64,000 nt of DNA from Octopus vulgaris (taxonomy: Eukaryota), in assembly GCA_951406725.2 (NCBI GenBank), contig OX597822.1:9362001-9426000 (forward strand), given 5' to 3'. Below, piece by piece: positions 40,590 to 54,507 of the stretch; the first letter of the stretch is position 1; each line of letters opens with the position of its first letter. The position numbers were made by a program, and so were the translations under genes. The notes beneath the pieces were generated by a model. It ran no database searches and was not told where the DNA came from. It worked only from the letters and a program-made list of their open reading frames with translations.

Positions 40590-40910
40590 ATCTCTTACTT
40601 GTTTCAGTCATTTGACTGCGGCCATGCTGGGGCACCGCATTGAGGGGTCCAAGTCGAGTGAATCGACATAAGTATTTTATTCTTTCTTTTAAGCCCGGTA
40701 CTTATTCTATGGGTTTGTTTTATCGAACTGCTAAGTTACGGAGATGTAAGCAAACAATACTGGTTTGCAGCGGTGATGGAGGACAAATACGACACACAGA
40801 CATATACATACGACGAATCCACACACAAGGTAGAAGAAACTTGCCCAAGGCATCACGCAGTGAAACTGAACTCGGAGCCATGTGGTAGGGAAGCGAACTT
40901 CCCAGCAACA
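40590..40910 (-). mobile_element. SINE family A, diverged and internally deleted
   Basis: Inverted counterpart of 36300-36530 with retained head. Confidence 0.85.
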
Positions 40911-41375
40911 AAATCTTATTTGGGCCGCTAAAGTTCCATATAAGCCTCGGTTGAGAACCACTGACATAGAGTTGAGAATTTTATAGGTGACAAAATAAAA
41001 ATAACCAATAAACACAGTTTCAAAAGCATCAAACAACAGAGAGACGTAGGAAACCTAGAAAATATGTGTCAAATATATCAAAAGAACAGCACAAAAACAT
41101 GCGACAAGTTAGGACACTTGAGCTTAACGTTCGAGGCATCCGCGCAACACCGCGGACCTAAGCAAGTACACACGCACGCACACACACACGCACACACACA
41201 TACACCACACACACACACACATATATACATACAGGCTTGTATATATACATTGAGGGCTTCGAGTGACTTGTCTGTTTTCCGTGTTCGTCCCTTCATGTAT
41301 TTCACGTTCTTTATATATAAATTTTTATTCCTATATACATACATACATGCACACGTATGTATGCATATATGTATG

Positions 41376-41441
<66 letters not shown>

Positions 41442-41489
41442 TACTGTGAGTTTAGAGGGAATACTTGATAAGTCTAAGCACCACTATCT

Positions 41490-41532
<43 letters not shown>

Positions 41533-41977
41533 TAATATATATATATGTGTGTGCGTGTGTGCGTCTGTGTGTGTACGTATACATGTATGCATGCATGCAA
41601 ATATGTATATATACGTATATGTGTGGCTGTGCAGATGTACGTATGCATACCAATGAGACGTAAACAGACTTGGCTGAGTCGTTGCTGCTTTTAAAACTTT
41701 TCTAAAATATATGTTGACTTACAGTTCCCCGAGTGGTGAAGCTTATAATTTGTAATAAATCTACTTTTGACGTGTAATTATTAATCAGTGGAAGACATCT
41801 TGGAAAGGTGTTTTAAAATCTCTAAATGTTTGTCCAACTCTATTATTTTGACTGAATGATTTGTTTGTTTTTCCATCTGAGAATATTATAGATATATACA
41901 TATATATATACATATATATATACATATAGATAGATATAAATATAAATTTACATGCTTACATGAATGTCATATGTATG

Positions 41978-42024
<47 letters not shown>

Positions 42025-42112
42025 GTATGTATATATACAAATATAGATAGATATATATACATATGTATATATACATATATATATACTTATATATATGTAC
42101 ATAAATATATAA

Positions 42113-42176
<64 letters not shown>

Positions 42177-42493
42177 GTATATGCACATATATATATATAC
42201 ATATATATATATATACAAATACATATTTATATACATATATATATTTATATATGTGTGTGTGTGTGCGTATGTATGTATGTAGCTAAGTATAGAACAGCAA
42301 AGACAGAGAATGAGAAACTGAATGGGTGACATGACATGAATAAATTACAAAAGCGACAGTTACGCACTCACATACGAACGCGCGCACAGGCACACCTATA
42401 CACATGGATACGCACTCAATCACACGTGTATACAGACATGTTTGCATAGTCATAGCGACAGAGAGACAAAGAAAGAAAGAAAGAAAGAAAGAT

Positions 42494-42568
<75 letters not shown>

Positions 42569-42760
42569 CGTAAAGAAAGACAAAAAAGACTGAAAGACAG
42601 AAAGAACGAAAGAAAGGAAGAAAGAAAGAAAGAAGGAAAGAAAGATAGACAGATAGATGCAAGAAGGAAAAGAAAGAGACAAGAAGACAGATAGTCACAC
42701 TAAAATCTGTTCTGTTGATATTTTGATTTTTTTTTCAATCCTCAGTGACTACCGTTTATA

Positions 42761-43384
42761 CAGAGTGGTGCAAAAGTAGGGTAATAGTTGTATAGTAATC
42801 TCTTTACTCTTTTACTTGTTTCAGTCATGTGACTGCGGCCATGCTGGAGCACCGCCTTTAGTCGAGCAACTCGACCCCGGGACTTATTCTTTTGTAAGCC
42901 CAGTACTTATTCTATCAGTCTTTTTCGCCGAACCGCTAAGTAACGGGGACATAAACACACCAGCATCGGTTGTCAAGCATTGCTAGAGGGACAAACACAG
43001 ACACACAAACATATACATACACATACATACATATATATACATATATACGACGGGCTTCTTTCAGTTTCCGTCTACCAAATCCACTCACAAGGCATTGGTC
43101 GGCCCGAGGCTATAGCAGAAGACACTTGCCCAATATGCCACGCAGTGGGACTGAACCCAGAACCATGTGATTGGTAGGCAAGCTACTTACCACACAGCCA
43201 CTCCTGCGTAGTATATTTTATTTTTTTTATTTAAAAACATTGTACAATGTTATTCCCGTAAATGCTCAAAACGTCTGTCCTGATCATTGAAACTTTCGTG
43301 GAGTCTATCAGCCACAATGCCAAACTGTTAGCTTACCTTTGGAATAAAAATATACAGCTATTAGCCTACTTTTGCACCAACCTG
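42761..43384. mobile_element. Tc1/mariner-type MITE interrupted by SINE A
   Basis: TIRs cagagtggtgcaaaagtagggtaatagttgta / tacagctattagcctacttttgcaccaacctg; TA at left end. Confidence 0.75.
42800..43208 (-). mobile_element. SINE family A, full length
   Basis: Family match; tagta on both flanks. Confidence 0.95.
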
Positions 43385-43390
43385 TGTGTG

Positions 43391-43461
<71 letters not shown>

Positions 43462-43782
43462 GCACACATGCAATTTTTTTCTGACAATCTGTTGTCATAT
43501 AATATGGAGTTCAAATGAAAAAATGGATTGTGGCAAGAGCCATGTATAGGTATTTTGCTACCGTGAGCTCTGTTGCTTCTCCTGGGCCGTATGCACCACC
43601 CCGAAATATGCACCTGAGCGTGAGTCGAACCCTATTTCTATTGTATGCAATGTTTATTAAATATAAATTTATATATGGGCGTGAATATTTAAACATATAT
43701 ATATATATTATACAATGTATATAAATATATATATATACATACATATACATACATACACAGACAGACAGACAGACAGACAGAC

Positions 43783-43872
<90 letters not shown>

Positions 43873-44494
43873 CAGGAATATTCAGCCATCACCCGTTGTC
43901 ATGATTCGCTAGGCCATTTCCCACGTGATGAAAAATATCTAACCAATCACGACTTCTCCTGAAACTGCCTCCAATAACAGATTTACTTATAGCGTGAGCT
44001 GTATTGTTACTCCAATGCAGTTGTCTTTAATTTTTTTTCGCCCATGGACACCGCTTTGGATTTGAGTTTCCTTTGTGGGACTGTTTCAGTAGCGTACAAA
44101 TATGACCATTCCTATGCAGACAATATCTTACAATGATCAACCGGCGTTCTGCGTGATGCCCTGTGTTTTTATCGCAAGCGTTTGTTTGAGGTGTTTCTTT
44201 GAGACAAAATATTACAGATAGCGCCGTCTACCTTTGTATGTACACTATAGGTGTTATACACATTAGTATTTTAATCTTAGGTTTCGAGTTGCATCAAGGG
44301 CCCGCGAACAATGGGTGCAGCGAGTGCACCTGCACCCCTTGGAATTTTCAGGTGGTGCAAGATCAAAATTTGCACCCCTACATAATTTTACCAGTATCAG
44401 AAAATAGTGTCTAAAAAATTATCTGTATAAGATGCTTGAAGCTAGATTTCGCTTCAAAGCAAAAACAAAGAACCAAAATAAATAGATAAAAGTG

Positions 44495-45060
44495 ATGAAT
44501 CTGGGCTTAAAATTCCCAAGGGAATTTAGGACTAACCAACTTCTGAAGCAAAGTAGCATCAAAATAAAAAGTATGTGACAACAACAGTAGCAGCAAACAA
44601 CAAGAACAACAACATGACCAGCATCTACGGCTACATAGCATTACTTGGATATTCTGACAAAAGCAACTCCAAAATCTTACAATTCTGTGTCCTCTCCTCT
44701 ATCTGTCACCTCTCTCAAGTTCTTTGTAGTTGATGTCGCTAAAGACTGACGACATGGTTGAATGGATTCGACTGTTTGACCTCAGCCTAAAAATAAAAGC
44801 CTTTTTAAAATTCTTTCAGTCATATCGGTTTTCTTATTTAGGTTGTTAGGTCCAAAGTTTGACAAGGGAACAAAATGATTTGTTTTTATCTATGATAGTT
44901 AATGCTTATTGTTAAATTGCTCATTCGAAATACTAGTCCAGTTTAATAAAAAAAATTTAAAAAAAGATTTTGAAAGGAAACGTTTAACTATAAATGATTG
45001 CAGACCAGCCCCGAAATTACCTAATTTGCGAAGAGATGTATACGACAATTTCAGATTAAT
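44495..45060 (+). pseudogene. Decayed TSSK-like kinase
   Basis: KVA/IKI, LDILTK, KILQF, FFVVDVAKD/DMVEWIRLFDLS..KAFLKFFQ (cf. IVMELAxxGDLLEYI...EARKKFHQ), APK. Confidence 0.55.
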
Positions 45061-45169
45061 CTATATAGAAAGGTAATGTTAAAAGCATTACCAACCGTTA
45101 TCCTGACGCGGTTAACCACGAAGATCACTTCAGAGATGCTTTTTTTCGCTCATAAGTCTAACCCTAGCT

Positions 45170-45436
45170 GAGAGACTTCCTGAAAACTTCCTGGAAAATT
45201 ACGAGGACTTCCTGGAAAGTTCCGAGGATGAGAGACTACATGGAAAGTTCCATGGTCGGGACATCCTGGAAAATTCCGAGGACATCCTTGAAAGTTACGT
45301 AGATGGGAGATTTCCTGGAAAGTTGCGAGGTTGAGACTTCCTGGAAAATTCCGAGGACTTCTTGGAAAGTTCCGAGGATGAGACTTTCGGGAAAATTCCG
45401 AGAATGAGATTTTCTGGAAAGTTCCGAGGATGGGAG
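45170..45436. repeat. Minisatellite, ~21/26-bp units (gacttcctggaaagttccgag)
   Basis: Direct. Confidence 0.9.
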
Positions 45437-46682
45437 ACATTTTTATCAAACATTTTCATCAGACATTTTAATCAAACATTTTCATCAAATATTTTCAACA
45501 AACATCATCAAAAATTTCGACAAAAGTTTTCATCAAATATTTTCCTCAAATATTTTCCTCAAACATTTTCATCAAACATTTTCATCAGACATTTTCATCA
45601 GACACATTCGTCAAACATTTTCATCAAACATTTTCATCACAGATGTTCATCAAACATTTCATCTCAAATTTCATCAAAAAGTTTTATCAAACGTTTTCAA
45701 ACATTTTCAACAAACATTTCCGTCAAAGATTTTCATCAGATATTTTCAATAGACATTTTCATCATACATTTTCATCCAACATTTCCATCAAAAATGTTCA
45801 TCAAACATTTCTATCAAACATTTTCATCAAACATATTCATCAAACATTTTCATCATTTTCATCAAATATTTTCATCAAACCTTTTCATTAAATATTTTCA
45901 TCAGACATTCTCATCAAATAGTTTCATCAAACATTTTCATTATACGTTTTCATCAAACACTTTCATCATATTTTTTCATTTTTCATCAAACATTTTCATC
46001 AAACATTTTCATCAAACATGTTCCTCAAAAATTTTCATCAAATATTTTCATCAAACATTTTCATCAAATATTTTCATAAGATTTTATCAGAAAATTCGTC
46101 AAATATTTTCATCAAACATATTCATCAGACATTTTCATCAAACATTTTAATCATACATTTTCGTCAAACATTTTCGTCAAACATCATCATCAAACAATTC
46201 ATCAGACACTTTCATCATACATTTTCATCAAACATTTTCATCAAACACTTTCATCAGACATTTTCATGAAACACTTTCATCAAACATTTTCATCAAACAT
46301 TTTCATCAAATATTTTCATCAAATGTTTTCATCAGACATTTTCATCAGACATTTTCATCAAACATCATCAGACATTTTCATCAAACATTTTCATCAAAAA
46401 TTTTCCTCAAGCATTTTCATCAAATATTTTCATCATACATTTTCATCAAACACTTTCATCAGACATTTTCAATAGACATTTTCATCAGACATTTTCAGCA
46501 GACATTTTCATCGAACATTTTCATCAAAAATTTTCCTCAAGCATTTTCATCAAATATTTTCATCATACATTTTCATCAAACACTTTCATCAGACATTTTC
46601 AATAGACATTTTCATCAGACATTTTCAGCAGACATTTTCATCGAACATTTTCATCAAACATTTTCATCATACACTTTCATCC
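45437..46682. repeat. 13-bp satellite (acattttcatcaa)n, ~1.25 kb
   Basis: Direct. Confidence 0.95.
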
Positions 46683-46689
46683 TAAGTAA

Positions 46690-47195
46690 AAGATCTGTAG
46701 AGCTCAACGAGGACGTCCTACAAACCTGGTGGAACAAAATCTCATTGTAACTGTTGAGGAACTAGCAGAGAAGCTTGGATTTGGCCATTCAACCAGTCAT
46801 TCAAGTCAGCGCCAGAAGGAAAACGACTATCTTTGATTTCAAAATGAGAGGTGTTCTTCCATCAGGATATTGCTTGGAGACATACACCGAGGATGGCATT
46901 CCAAAGGCTGGAGCAATTTGAATTAACAATGCTCCATCTGATTACCTCTTATTCTGTAGTTTTCAAAATCATTTGGAGGGAAAAATTTGAATTCTGTAGG
47001 CGAAGTCAGAACAGTATTGGAGGAGTATTTTTCGTCATGGACAAGTGCATTTTGGAAGTGGGGGGCTTTGCAAGTCTACCAGATAGATGGAAGAGCATTG
47101 TAGAAAATAAAGGAGAGTATATTTTAGATTAAAAAAGAACTTTATCTTAATTTTGAAAAAAAAAAGAAGCATAAAAAACCGCATTGTTTATGTGA
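46690..47195 (+). mobile_element. Mariner transposase fragment, internally deleted
   Basis: LVEQN..VTVEELAEKLGFGHST, FHQDIA..HT, LPDRWKSIVENKGEYILD. Confidence 0.85.
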
Positions 47196-47214
47196 TGTAT
47201 ATATCACGTGATCA

Positions 47215-47508
47215 CGTGACTGACCAGACCATCAGATGTTGTTACACATCGCTGGTCACAATGCGTTCGCATTGTTTTAGCCTTCAAATGACGCCACCCG
47301 CTGGCTAAGCGAGCAGGCCAACAGAAGAAAGAGTGGGAGAAAGAGTGGTGAAAGAGTACAGCAGGGATCACCACCCCCTGTCGGAGCCTCGTGGAACTTT
47401 TAGGTGTTTTTACTCAATAAACACTCACAATGCCTGGCCTGGGAATCGAAACCGCGATCCTACGACCGCGAGTCCGCTGCCCTAACCACTGGGCCATTGC
47501 GCCTCCAC
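47215..47508 (-). mobile_element. SINE family C head with alternative tail
   Basis: Head nearly identical to 9846; different 3' part. Confidence 0.85.
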
Positions 47509-47510
47509 AC

Positions 47511-47582
<72 letters not shown>

Positions 47583-47900
47583 TAAAGATCCCCTTGGTCA
47601 TGAATGACTAATAGGATTGAACCTAGAAAGTTACTCCTCAAGGCACAAGTCCGGGCAAGGTTTTTATAGATGACCAGCAGTCGCCCATGCATACCAGCCT
47701 CTCCTTTCCACACCAGCGACGTAATCCAAGAGAATGGCAAATACCAATACAACCTGGCACCAGTAACGTCGCAACTCATTTCTACAGCTGAGTGAAATAA
47801 AGTGCCTTGTTCAATAACACAACACACAGCCTGGTCTGAGAGTCGAACTCACCACCTTTTGATTGTGAACTTCATTCTCTAACCACTGAGCCAATCGCTT
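47583..47900 (-). mobile_element. tRNA-derived SINE (same as 19950-20275)
   Basis: gcagtcgcccatgcataccagcc shared. Confidence 0.8.
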
Positions 47901-47947
47901 CCATATCGATGCAAATAGGAAAAATAGAACTCAAAATATGAATATAT

Positions 47948-48147
47948 ACTCTTTACTCTTTTACTTGTTTCATTCATTTGACTGCGGCCATGCTGGAGCA
48001 CCGCCTTTAGTCAAGCAAATCGACCCCGGGACTTATTCTTTGTAAGCCCAGTACTTATTCTATCGGTCTCTTTTGCCGAACCGCTAAGTAACGGGGACAT
48101 AAACACACCAGCATCGGTTGTCAAGCAATGCTAGGGGGACAAACACA

Positions 48148-48203
<56 letters not shown>

Positions 48204-48364
48204 CGACAGGCTTCTTTCAGTTTCCGTCTACCAAATCCACTCACAAGGCATTGGTCGGCACGGGACTATAGAAGAAGACACTTGCCCAAGATGCCACGCA
48301 GTGGGACTGAACTCGGAACCATGTGGTTGGTAAGCAAGCTACTTACCACACAGCCACTCCTGCT
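47948..48364 (-). mobile_element. SINE family A, full length
   Basis: Family match. Confidence 0.95.
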
Positions 48365-48429
48365 GTGTATATGTATATTTTTATTAATATTTAACAGAAG
48401 TAACGGAGTGACTCAAGATCCAAGTGTGT

Positions 48430-48620
48430 TCGTGCGTTGGCACTTATCAATTTAGTTGTATGTACAAACCTTACGCTCAGCATTTTTATTTTTAATAATG
48501 AACCCCACTCCATGTTTCTAAACGTAAATGAAGTACCATTACAGTCCGATATAAAACCCTGCCTAATGTTACTTTCCTTAAATATTACTTCACCTTTGGT
48601 ACCCGTTGCGAACCTTTGAA
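48430..48620 (+). pseudogene. Kinase catalytic-loop relic
   Basis: LQSDIKPCLMLL...VPVANL. Confidence 0.45.
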
Positions 48621-49859
48621 TGAAATGTATTTCCCCAAGGAGCTGATTGAATGATTGCGCAGCTCAGATTTTTAAAGTTTTCTTCCTTTTTCGAGTTGTT
48701 CTTTGTCTTCAAATTATTTCGCAGCTCGCATGCCCCATGCTGTCAAACTAAAAGACACATTGCTTTCATAATGTTCTTTAGGGATAGAATAAAATAGAGA
48801 CCATTTAAATGGTTTCACAGTTAACGTGGCCTCATGCTGTCAGACATAGAAGACACATTGTTCTTCAGGGATACGATAAAATGGTAGGTTATTCAATAGA
48901 ATAATGCCGATAAATCTTTCATCACGATACCAGATACGAGTAATCTGTAATCAAAGATCAGAATTCCACTTAAAAGTATTCTATTTAAATAATCAATGTA
49001 TAATCAAGGAAGGACATTAGCTTTCGAATTTTATAATACACTTATAAAATTTAACTAATACACATGCACACACGGAAATGTTTGACAGTAACTTCGAAGT
49101 TTCGGGTTAATTGCCTCCATCAAACGGTTGAATGATTCTTCAAATAATGTTTGACTGTCTCTGCATATAATTATATGTAATTATACATGAAAGCAATCAT
49201 ATGCATATGCATATTTAATTATATATTTAATATACATGTATATATATATATAAATATGTATGTATGCACGTACGTATATATACATATATATAAGCATACC
49301 ACCTTTCTTTCCTTCCTTTGTTGGTTTCTTTTGTGTTTGTTCTTAGTTTTGTTGTTGTTTTTTTTTGGTGGGGATATTTACTATATATATATATATGTAT
49401 ATATGCAAGAATATTTTGTAAAGAAACTTTTGGAAGTCTCGAATATGTTTCGTATTTTACACACAAAATGTTGCTGCATTCTGAAGGCTATTTATTTAGC
49501 GTTTAATTTGACGGAGGTTGCTGTCAGCGGACCGTTTAGCTTAATGGCAAATTACTCAGCTGACATCTGAGTCCCGTAGCTGCCTGCAGACAACATTTTT
49601 TTTCCCGTCTTATAACACCCAATCTTTCTGCTGTCTTCACGGCTAAACTACGTTCAGATTTTACTTTCTTGTCTGTTGTATATATTTATATATTCATTTT
49701 GATTGTAGTTGGTTGGAGCTTTCATGTGTTGAACATACATACAGACTACTTAAAATAACAATCAAAGTATTTTCAAACAGACACATGATAAAACATTGAA
49801 ATATTTGTACAATTGCAGTGTTTAAGTTGTACTATATAAATTTTAGTACTTACTCAAGA

Positions 49860-50085
49860 AAAGCTTTTGAATTTATTAATCGTCATTAACCTGGGAGTTA
49901 CACACGTGTGACTCGAGATATGTTGTGTGTTCTTCTGCATATCCAACTCGGCTCTGCTGTTCAAACTTCGTTTCAACTTCCTTATGAAACATGCTTCGAT
50001 AACCCAGAGTTTTACAAAATCTGTTGGGTGTCTCTCTCGGAAAGTTTGGTGAAGGGCATGGTAGAATAACGGGTCAGTCGGAAGT
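49860..50085 (-). mobile_element. Penelope-like GIY-YIG C-terminal fragment
   Basis: VKLWVIEACFIRKLKRSLNSRAEL. Confidence 0.6.
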
Positions 50086-50129
50086 TGTTTAAATTTAACT
50101 CCTCTCCCTACACAAAAGAGCTTCAACGT

Positions 50130-50489
50130 GTTTTTAGAGGAGTTGGGGCTGGTAGAGGTTGATCTTGATTTGCTTGATCTGGATGGATTATGTGGTGAGG
50201 AGGATTGAAGGAAGAGAGTGAGGCGATTAACGCGAGGACTCTACGCTTACCACTGTGCAATTTGGGTGAAGAAAGGAGAAGAGACGAAAGCGGGGATGGT
50301 ACGAGTATGCCTGAGAGCAAGGTCATTAGACTAGCTAGTTCCGAAGAGCAGAGCCCAGAGCAGTTGCAGGGGAGAAGACAGAGAGAAGGGACAATATATC
50401 TAAGGTACAGAAGTTGGCGTAGGTTGGTGTGCAAATTTATATCAATCAGAGAAGTGGACTTTCTGTAGATACTAGCCAAGACGTGTGCT

Positions 50490-50521
<32 letters not shown>

Positions 50522-50662
50522 GGTGGTGGTGGTGGCTTTGGTGGTAGTGGTCGTGGTGGTCGTGGTCGTGGTCGTGGTGGTGGTGGTGGTGGTAGTAGTA
50601 GTGGTGGTGGTAGTAGTGGTGGTGGTGGTGGTGGTCGTCGTCGTCGTGGTGATGTGGTGGTG

Positions 50663-50694
<32 letters not shown>

Positions 50695-51684
50695 TGTAGT
50701 GGGGGGGGGCGGCGGCGGCGGCGGCGGCAGTAGTAGTAGTAGTAGTAGTAGCAGCATCAGCAGCAGTAACGTCTCAAAGTTGGATGCAGTATTCCAGCAT
50801 GGGCCTTGCAGTATTTTCCGGATCTCAAGAGTAATGCTGTTATTTGTTATGCAGTTTCAATTATTTTAAGGATACACGTTCAAGCCTCGTTGTGAGGCTT
50901 TGCATTTGGTGCTGATCTTCATGCCTCTAGTTGTATGATATTCATGTTTAAGAGAAATAGGAGTGATAATATTTTCATGATATATGCAGAGATATTGTTT
51001 TTGTGTCTGAAGGTTAGAAGATTAGAGTCAACCAACTGGAGTTATTTTCCAAATCTTTCTTCTGATAGTCAGAGCAGGTTTAGCTTGAAGTGATTACATT
51101 GCGTATGGATGGTGCTTATGTGGAACTATTAGAGAATAATTTATAAGTTTGTATGTGACAACAGACAGGTCGTTGGCGTATAGGATACAGGATGAAGGGT
51201 CAAAAATCGTACTCCGAGTCTTACAGAATCGTTAGAATGTCAGTTGTGTAGTACGTCATCATCGCCTGCTGTGATGTCTTGAACTGACAAGACGCCATAG
51301 ATTCAAGAAATGTGTGGTAGATGCAGCCCTTATACTAATAGTTTTGCCAAAGGTTTTGCATGCCAGATACAGCCCACACCTTTGCTAATGTCGATGGTAA
51401 CAATACTAATTCACTAAATTTCTCGAGGGCGATAGCATACTTCTTGAGTAACAGAGAATATATCTCTAGTAGTTCTGGCTTTATGAAAATCGTTTAGTTG
51501 TCATTGAAGCGAGAGAGAGATTCAAGGCGATGGAAAAGGTTGTTGTTGATGGCTACCTCACCTCGATGGATTACGTTTGAAATATTGAGTGTATACGCAG
51601 TAGGACGACAGTTAGCAGAGAGTGATATGTTACCCTTCTTCGAAATAAGGTTTATAGAAACGTGTTTCAATAAATGCCGCCTTA

Positions 51685-51753
<69 letters not shown>

Positions 51754-51757
51754 GGAA

Positions 51758-51806
<49 letters not shown>

Positions 51807-51813
51807 GATGGAA

Positions 51814-51886
<73 letters not shown>

Positions 51887-51893
51887 GATGGAA

Positions 51894-51938
<45 letters not shown>

Positions 51939-51941
51939 GAA

Positions 51942-51975
<34 letters not shown>

Positions 51976-51981
51976 ATGGAA

Positions 51982-52022
<41 letters not shown>

Positions 52023-52065
52023 GATGGAAGGAAGAAAGAAAGAAAGAAAGAAAGAAAGGATGGAA

Positions 52066-52098
<33 letters not shown>

Positions 52099-52169
52099 GA
52101 TGGAAGGAAGAAAGAAAGAAAGAAAGAAGGAAAGGATGGAAGGAAGAAAGAAAGAAAGAAAGAATGGAA

Positions 52170-52243
<74 letters not shown>

Positions 52244-52570
52244 ACAGCTAGTTCTGAGGCACTTTGTTAGTAGGTGATGGAAAGGATTTTGTAAAGATCA
52301 GTATTTTAACACTTGATGTGTTTACAAGTGTATGGCGGTGATACTGATGGCGAGATAGCTCTAGAGAAAGAGAGCTGAGTGCAAAATATCTAGGAAATAT
52401 GAAAGCTTTCTCCACGGGAGAACTGGCTGGGTACAACCCATGATTGAGGACCAGAAGAAATGAAAGATTCCGTAAAGTTTATAGAGATCATTTACACAAA
52501 GAAATAAAAGGCTTCGCTTTGGTTCTTTAGACGTGAGAGATTTCAGGCTGTGCAATGTACGGAGGTACAT
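50130..52570 (-). mobile_element. CR1/Jockey-group LINE ORF2 (RT) relic, split by (GGT/AGT)n and (GAAA)n
   Basis: ISKKGN..SANCRP, FHKARTT, TIDISKG...IWH, LYANDL, SLCLL..GLCSSELASLM. Confidence 0.85.
51685..52243. repeat. (GAAA)n array punctuated by GGATGGAAGGAA
   Basis: Direct. Confidence 0.97.
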
Positions 52571-52589
52571 CCTTTGTGGTTTGTATGAA

Positions 52590-52945
52590 AATGCTGTAGC
52601 TGTTGCGATACTGGGTTAATTCAAACAGATTTGTAGACATGGGTAATTTATTCAAACGCTGAAGACTATGTCCTTCGCCTGAACAGCAGCAACAAAGCTA
52701 TACGGAAGCCACTTGGGAACTGTTTTTTTGGGGGTTCTATGAGTTTTGGTTGTATGTGGAATGTAGTAAGTTATGTCTGAGAGGAAATATTCAGTCACCC
52801 GACAAGACTGTTCCGATGGGCTCGGTTTGAAACATATCCTATCAGAGAATTGATGAAGCTCTGACCAGAAATCAACTAACCTGAAAGGCCAAAACTTTTG
52901 TACGGTCGGGGTATGTATGAATATGAGGTGGACAATAAAATCCAA
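52590..52945 (-). pseudogene. Decayed kinase relic
   Basis: IVHL...RLVDFWS...VTEYFLSD..IPHT, INP..ATA. Confidence 0.45.
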
Positions 52946-53759
52946 AAGTAAAAATACCCGGACATGCCCACACGATTGAACATTGATTTAGTAATTTTGA
53001 AAGAATGAAATCTAAAGTGTTATACATAGAAAATATAGTTATATTGCTTTAATAACAGCAAATTAATTATCAGAATTGCTCACTTCCTGTGTCTACATCA
53101 TTACATGCCATTGTTTCAATTAACAACTAAAATAGACCTATAATTGCATAACTCCGTTCTGTTATAATAATAATTAACTTTAGCAAAACATTATATCAAG
53201 AAATGATTTCTTTATTGCGATATCATCACACGTTGCCAGTTTGGAATTTTAAATGTGACTGGAATCAGATTACATTTTTCTGTCCACTAACTGTTATAAA
53301 AATTGAAATCAATATTTTTTTAAACAGTAATTCAATGACTGTTCCATGATACAATCAGCCATAAAAATAAAGTTCACTCATTCTATTTGTTTGTTTTTTT
53401 TATATAAATATCTTATTTTTACAGATATGATTTAACTTATTCTTTGTGCTTGAATATATTATTTAAAATACGTTTTGTATAAAATATTTTTAAAATGGAC
53501 CTAAGATTGCATTATGAAAACTCTGCAGATGCTTTTAAAAGTAAGTTCAAATGACTGGTGGGGTTTCCATTTTTTTTTACTCAATCTATAACTATTATAA
53601 AGGTTTCATTTAGCAGTGTAACTTTCTAACTTTGCTGAAGTTCATGCAATTTAATAGCTATTATTATTTTTTTAAGCTCACTATCCATATTTTGTTTTCC
53701 AAACTTGAATATTCCATTATTGAGGTTGCAACTAATTTCAGCGGGTATGATTTAACCAA

Positions 53760-54105
53760 CTTTTGTTAGGAAATTTACTGCAGAAACGACAATTTTTACA
53801 TTCATTCAAAAAACAAATCTCATTCGTGTCTAGATAGTAACAAAAAAGCATTTGCCAATAATAGTGTTTTATTCAGTTTACGATTATTATGAAGACTTGA
53901 TTTACCAGTGTAACTTCCTTTCTTTGTGGGGAACTTACGGTTATTTTGCTTTTCCCAACTCAGTACCTAAATTTTGTTATTTTCCATCATGCCTATATAA
54001 CTGCTGGAACAGAAGCCTTTGTTACTTGTAAATGATTTACGCTCAATTTACTATTGAATTAGTAATGGCCTCTTGCAAAACAAAAGATCCCTAAGCCCGT
54101 TTGTT
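53760..54105 (+). pseudogene. Decayed kinase relic
   Basis: QFLHS, G/TYGYFA, GLL/KDP*AR. Confidence 0.45.
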
Positions 54106-54419
54106 ATACAAATTGGCTATATACAACCAGCAATATGCTGAAATAGATTGTGTTCTGCGAAAACCGATCAAAATTTCAATAGATAAATAAGCGTGTTAAA
54201 TGAAATTACATATTAGGTATGTGGGTCGTATTGGCGCTGTCGACTGCTTTTGTAAAACAAGATTTGCATATAGTCCATATGAAAAGGGAATTAAAGTAGG
54301 TACTCTGTTTAGGTATGTGGGTAATATTGGCGCTGTCGAGAAATTTAGTTTAATATAATTTTCTTAAGCTCAATATAGAAAAGAAAATTAATGGAAATTT
54401 TATTATTACCTAAATTCTA

Positions 54420-54505
<86 letters not shown>

Positions 54506-54507
<2 letters not shown>

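Noticed and set aside
45362-46150. 262-aa ORF
   Set aside because: Derived from the 13-bp satellite
49520-49568. gtcagc/gctgac-bounded hammerhead-like fold (minus)
   Set aside because: Both core strands deviate (CTGAGTA, TAAAC); too degenerate
50429-50869. Gly-rich or Pro-rich ORFs
   Set aside because: Trinucleotide expansion inside a LINE relic
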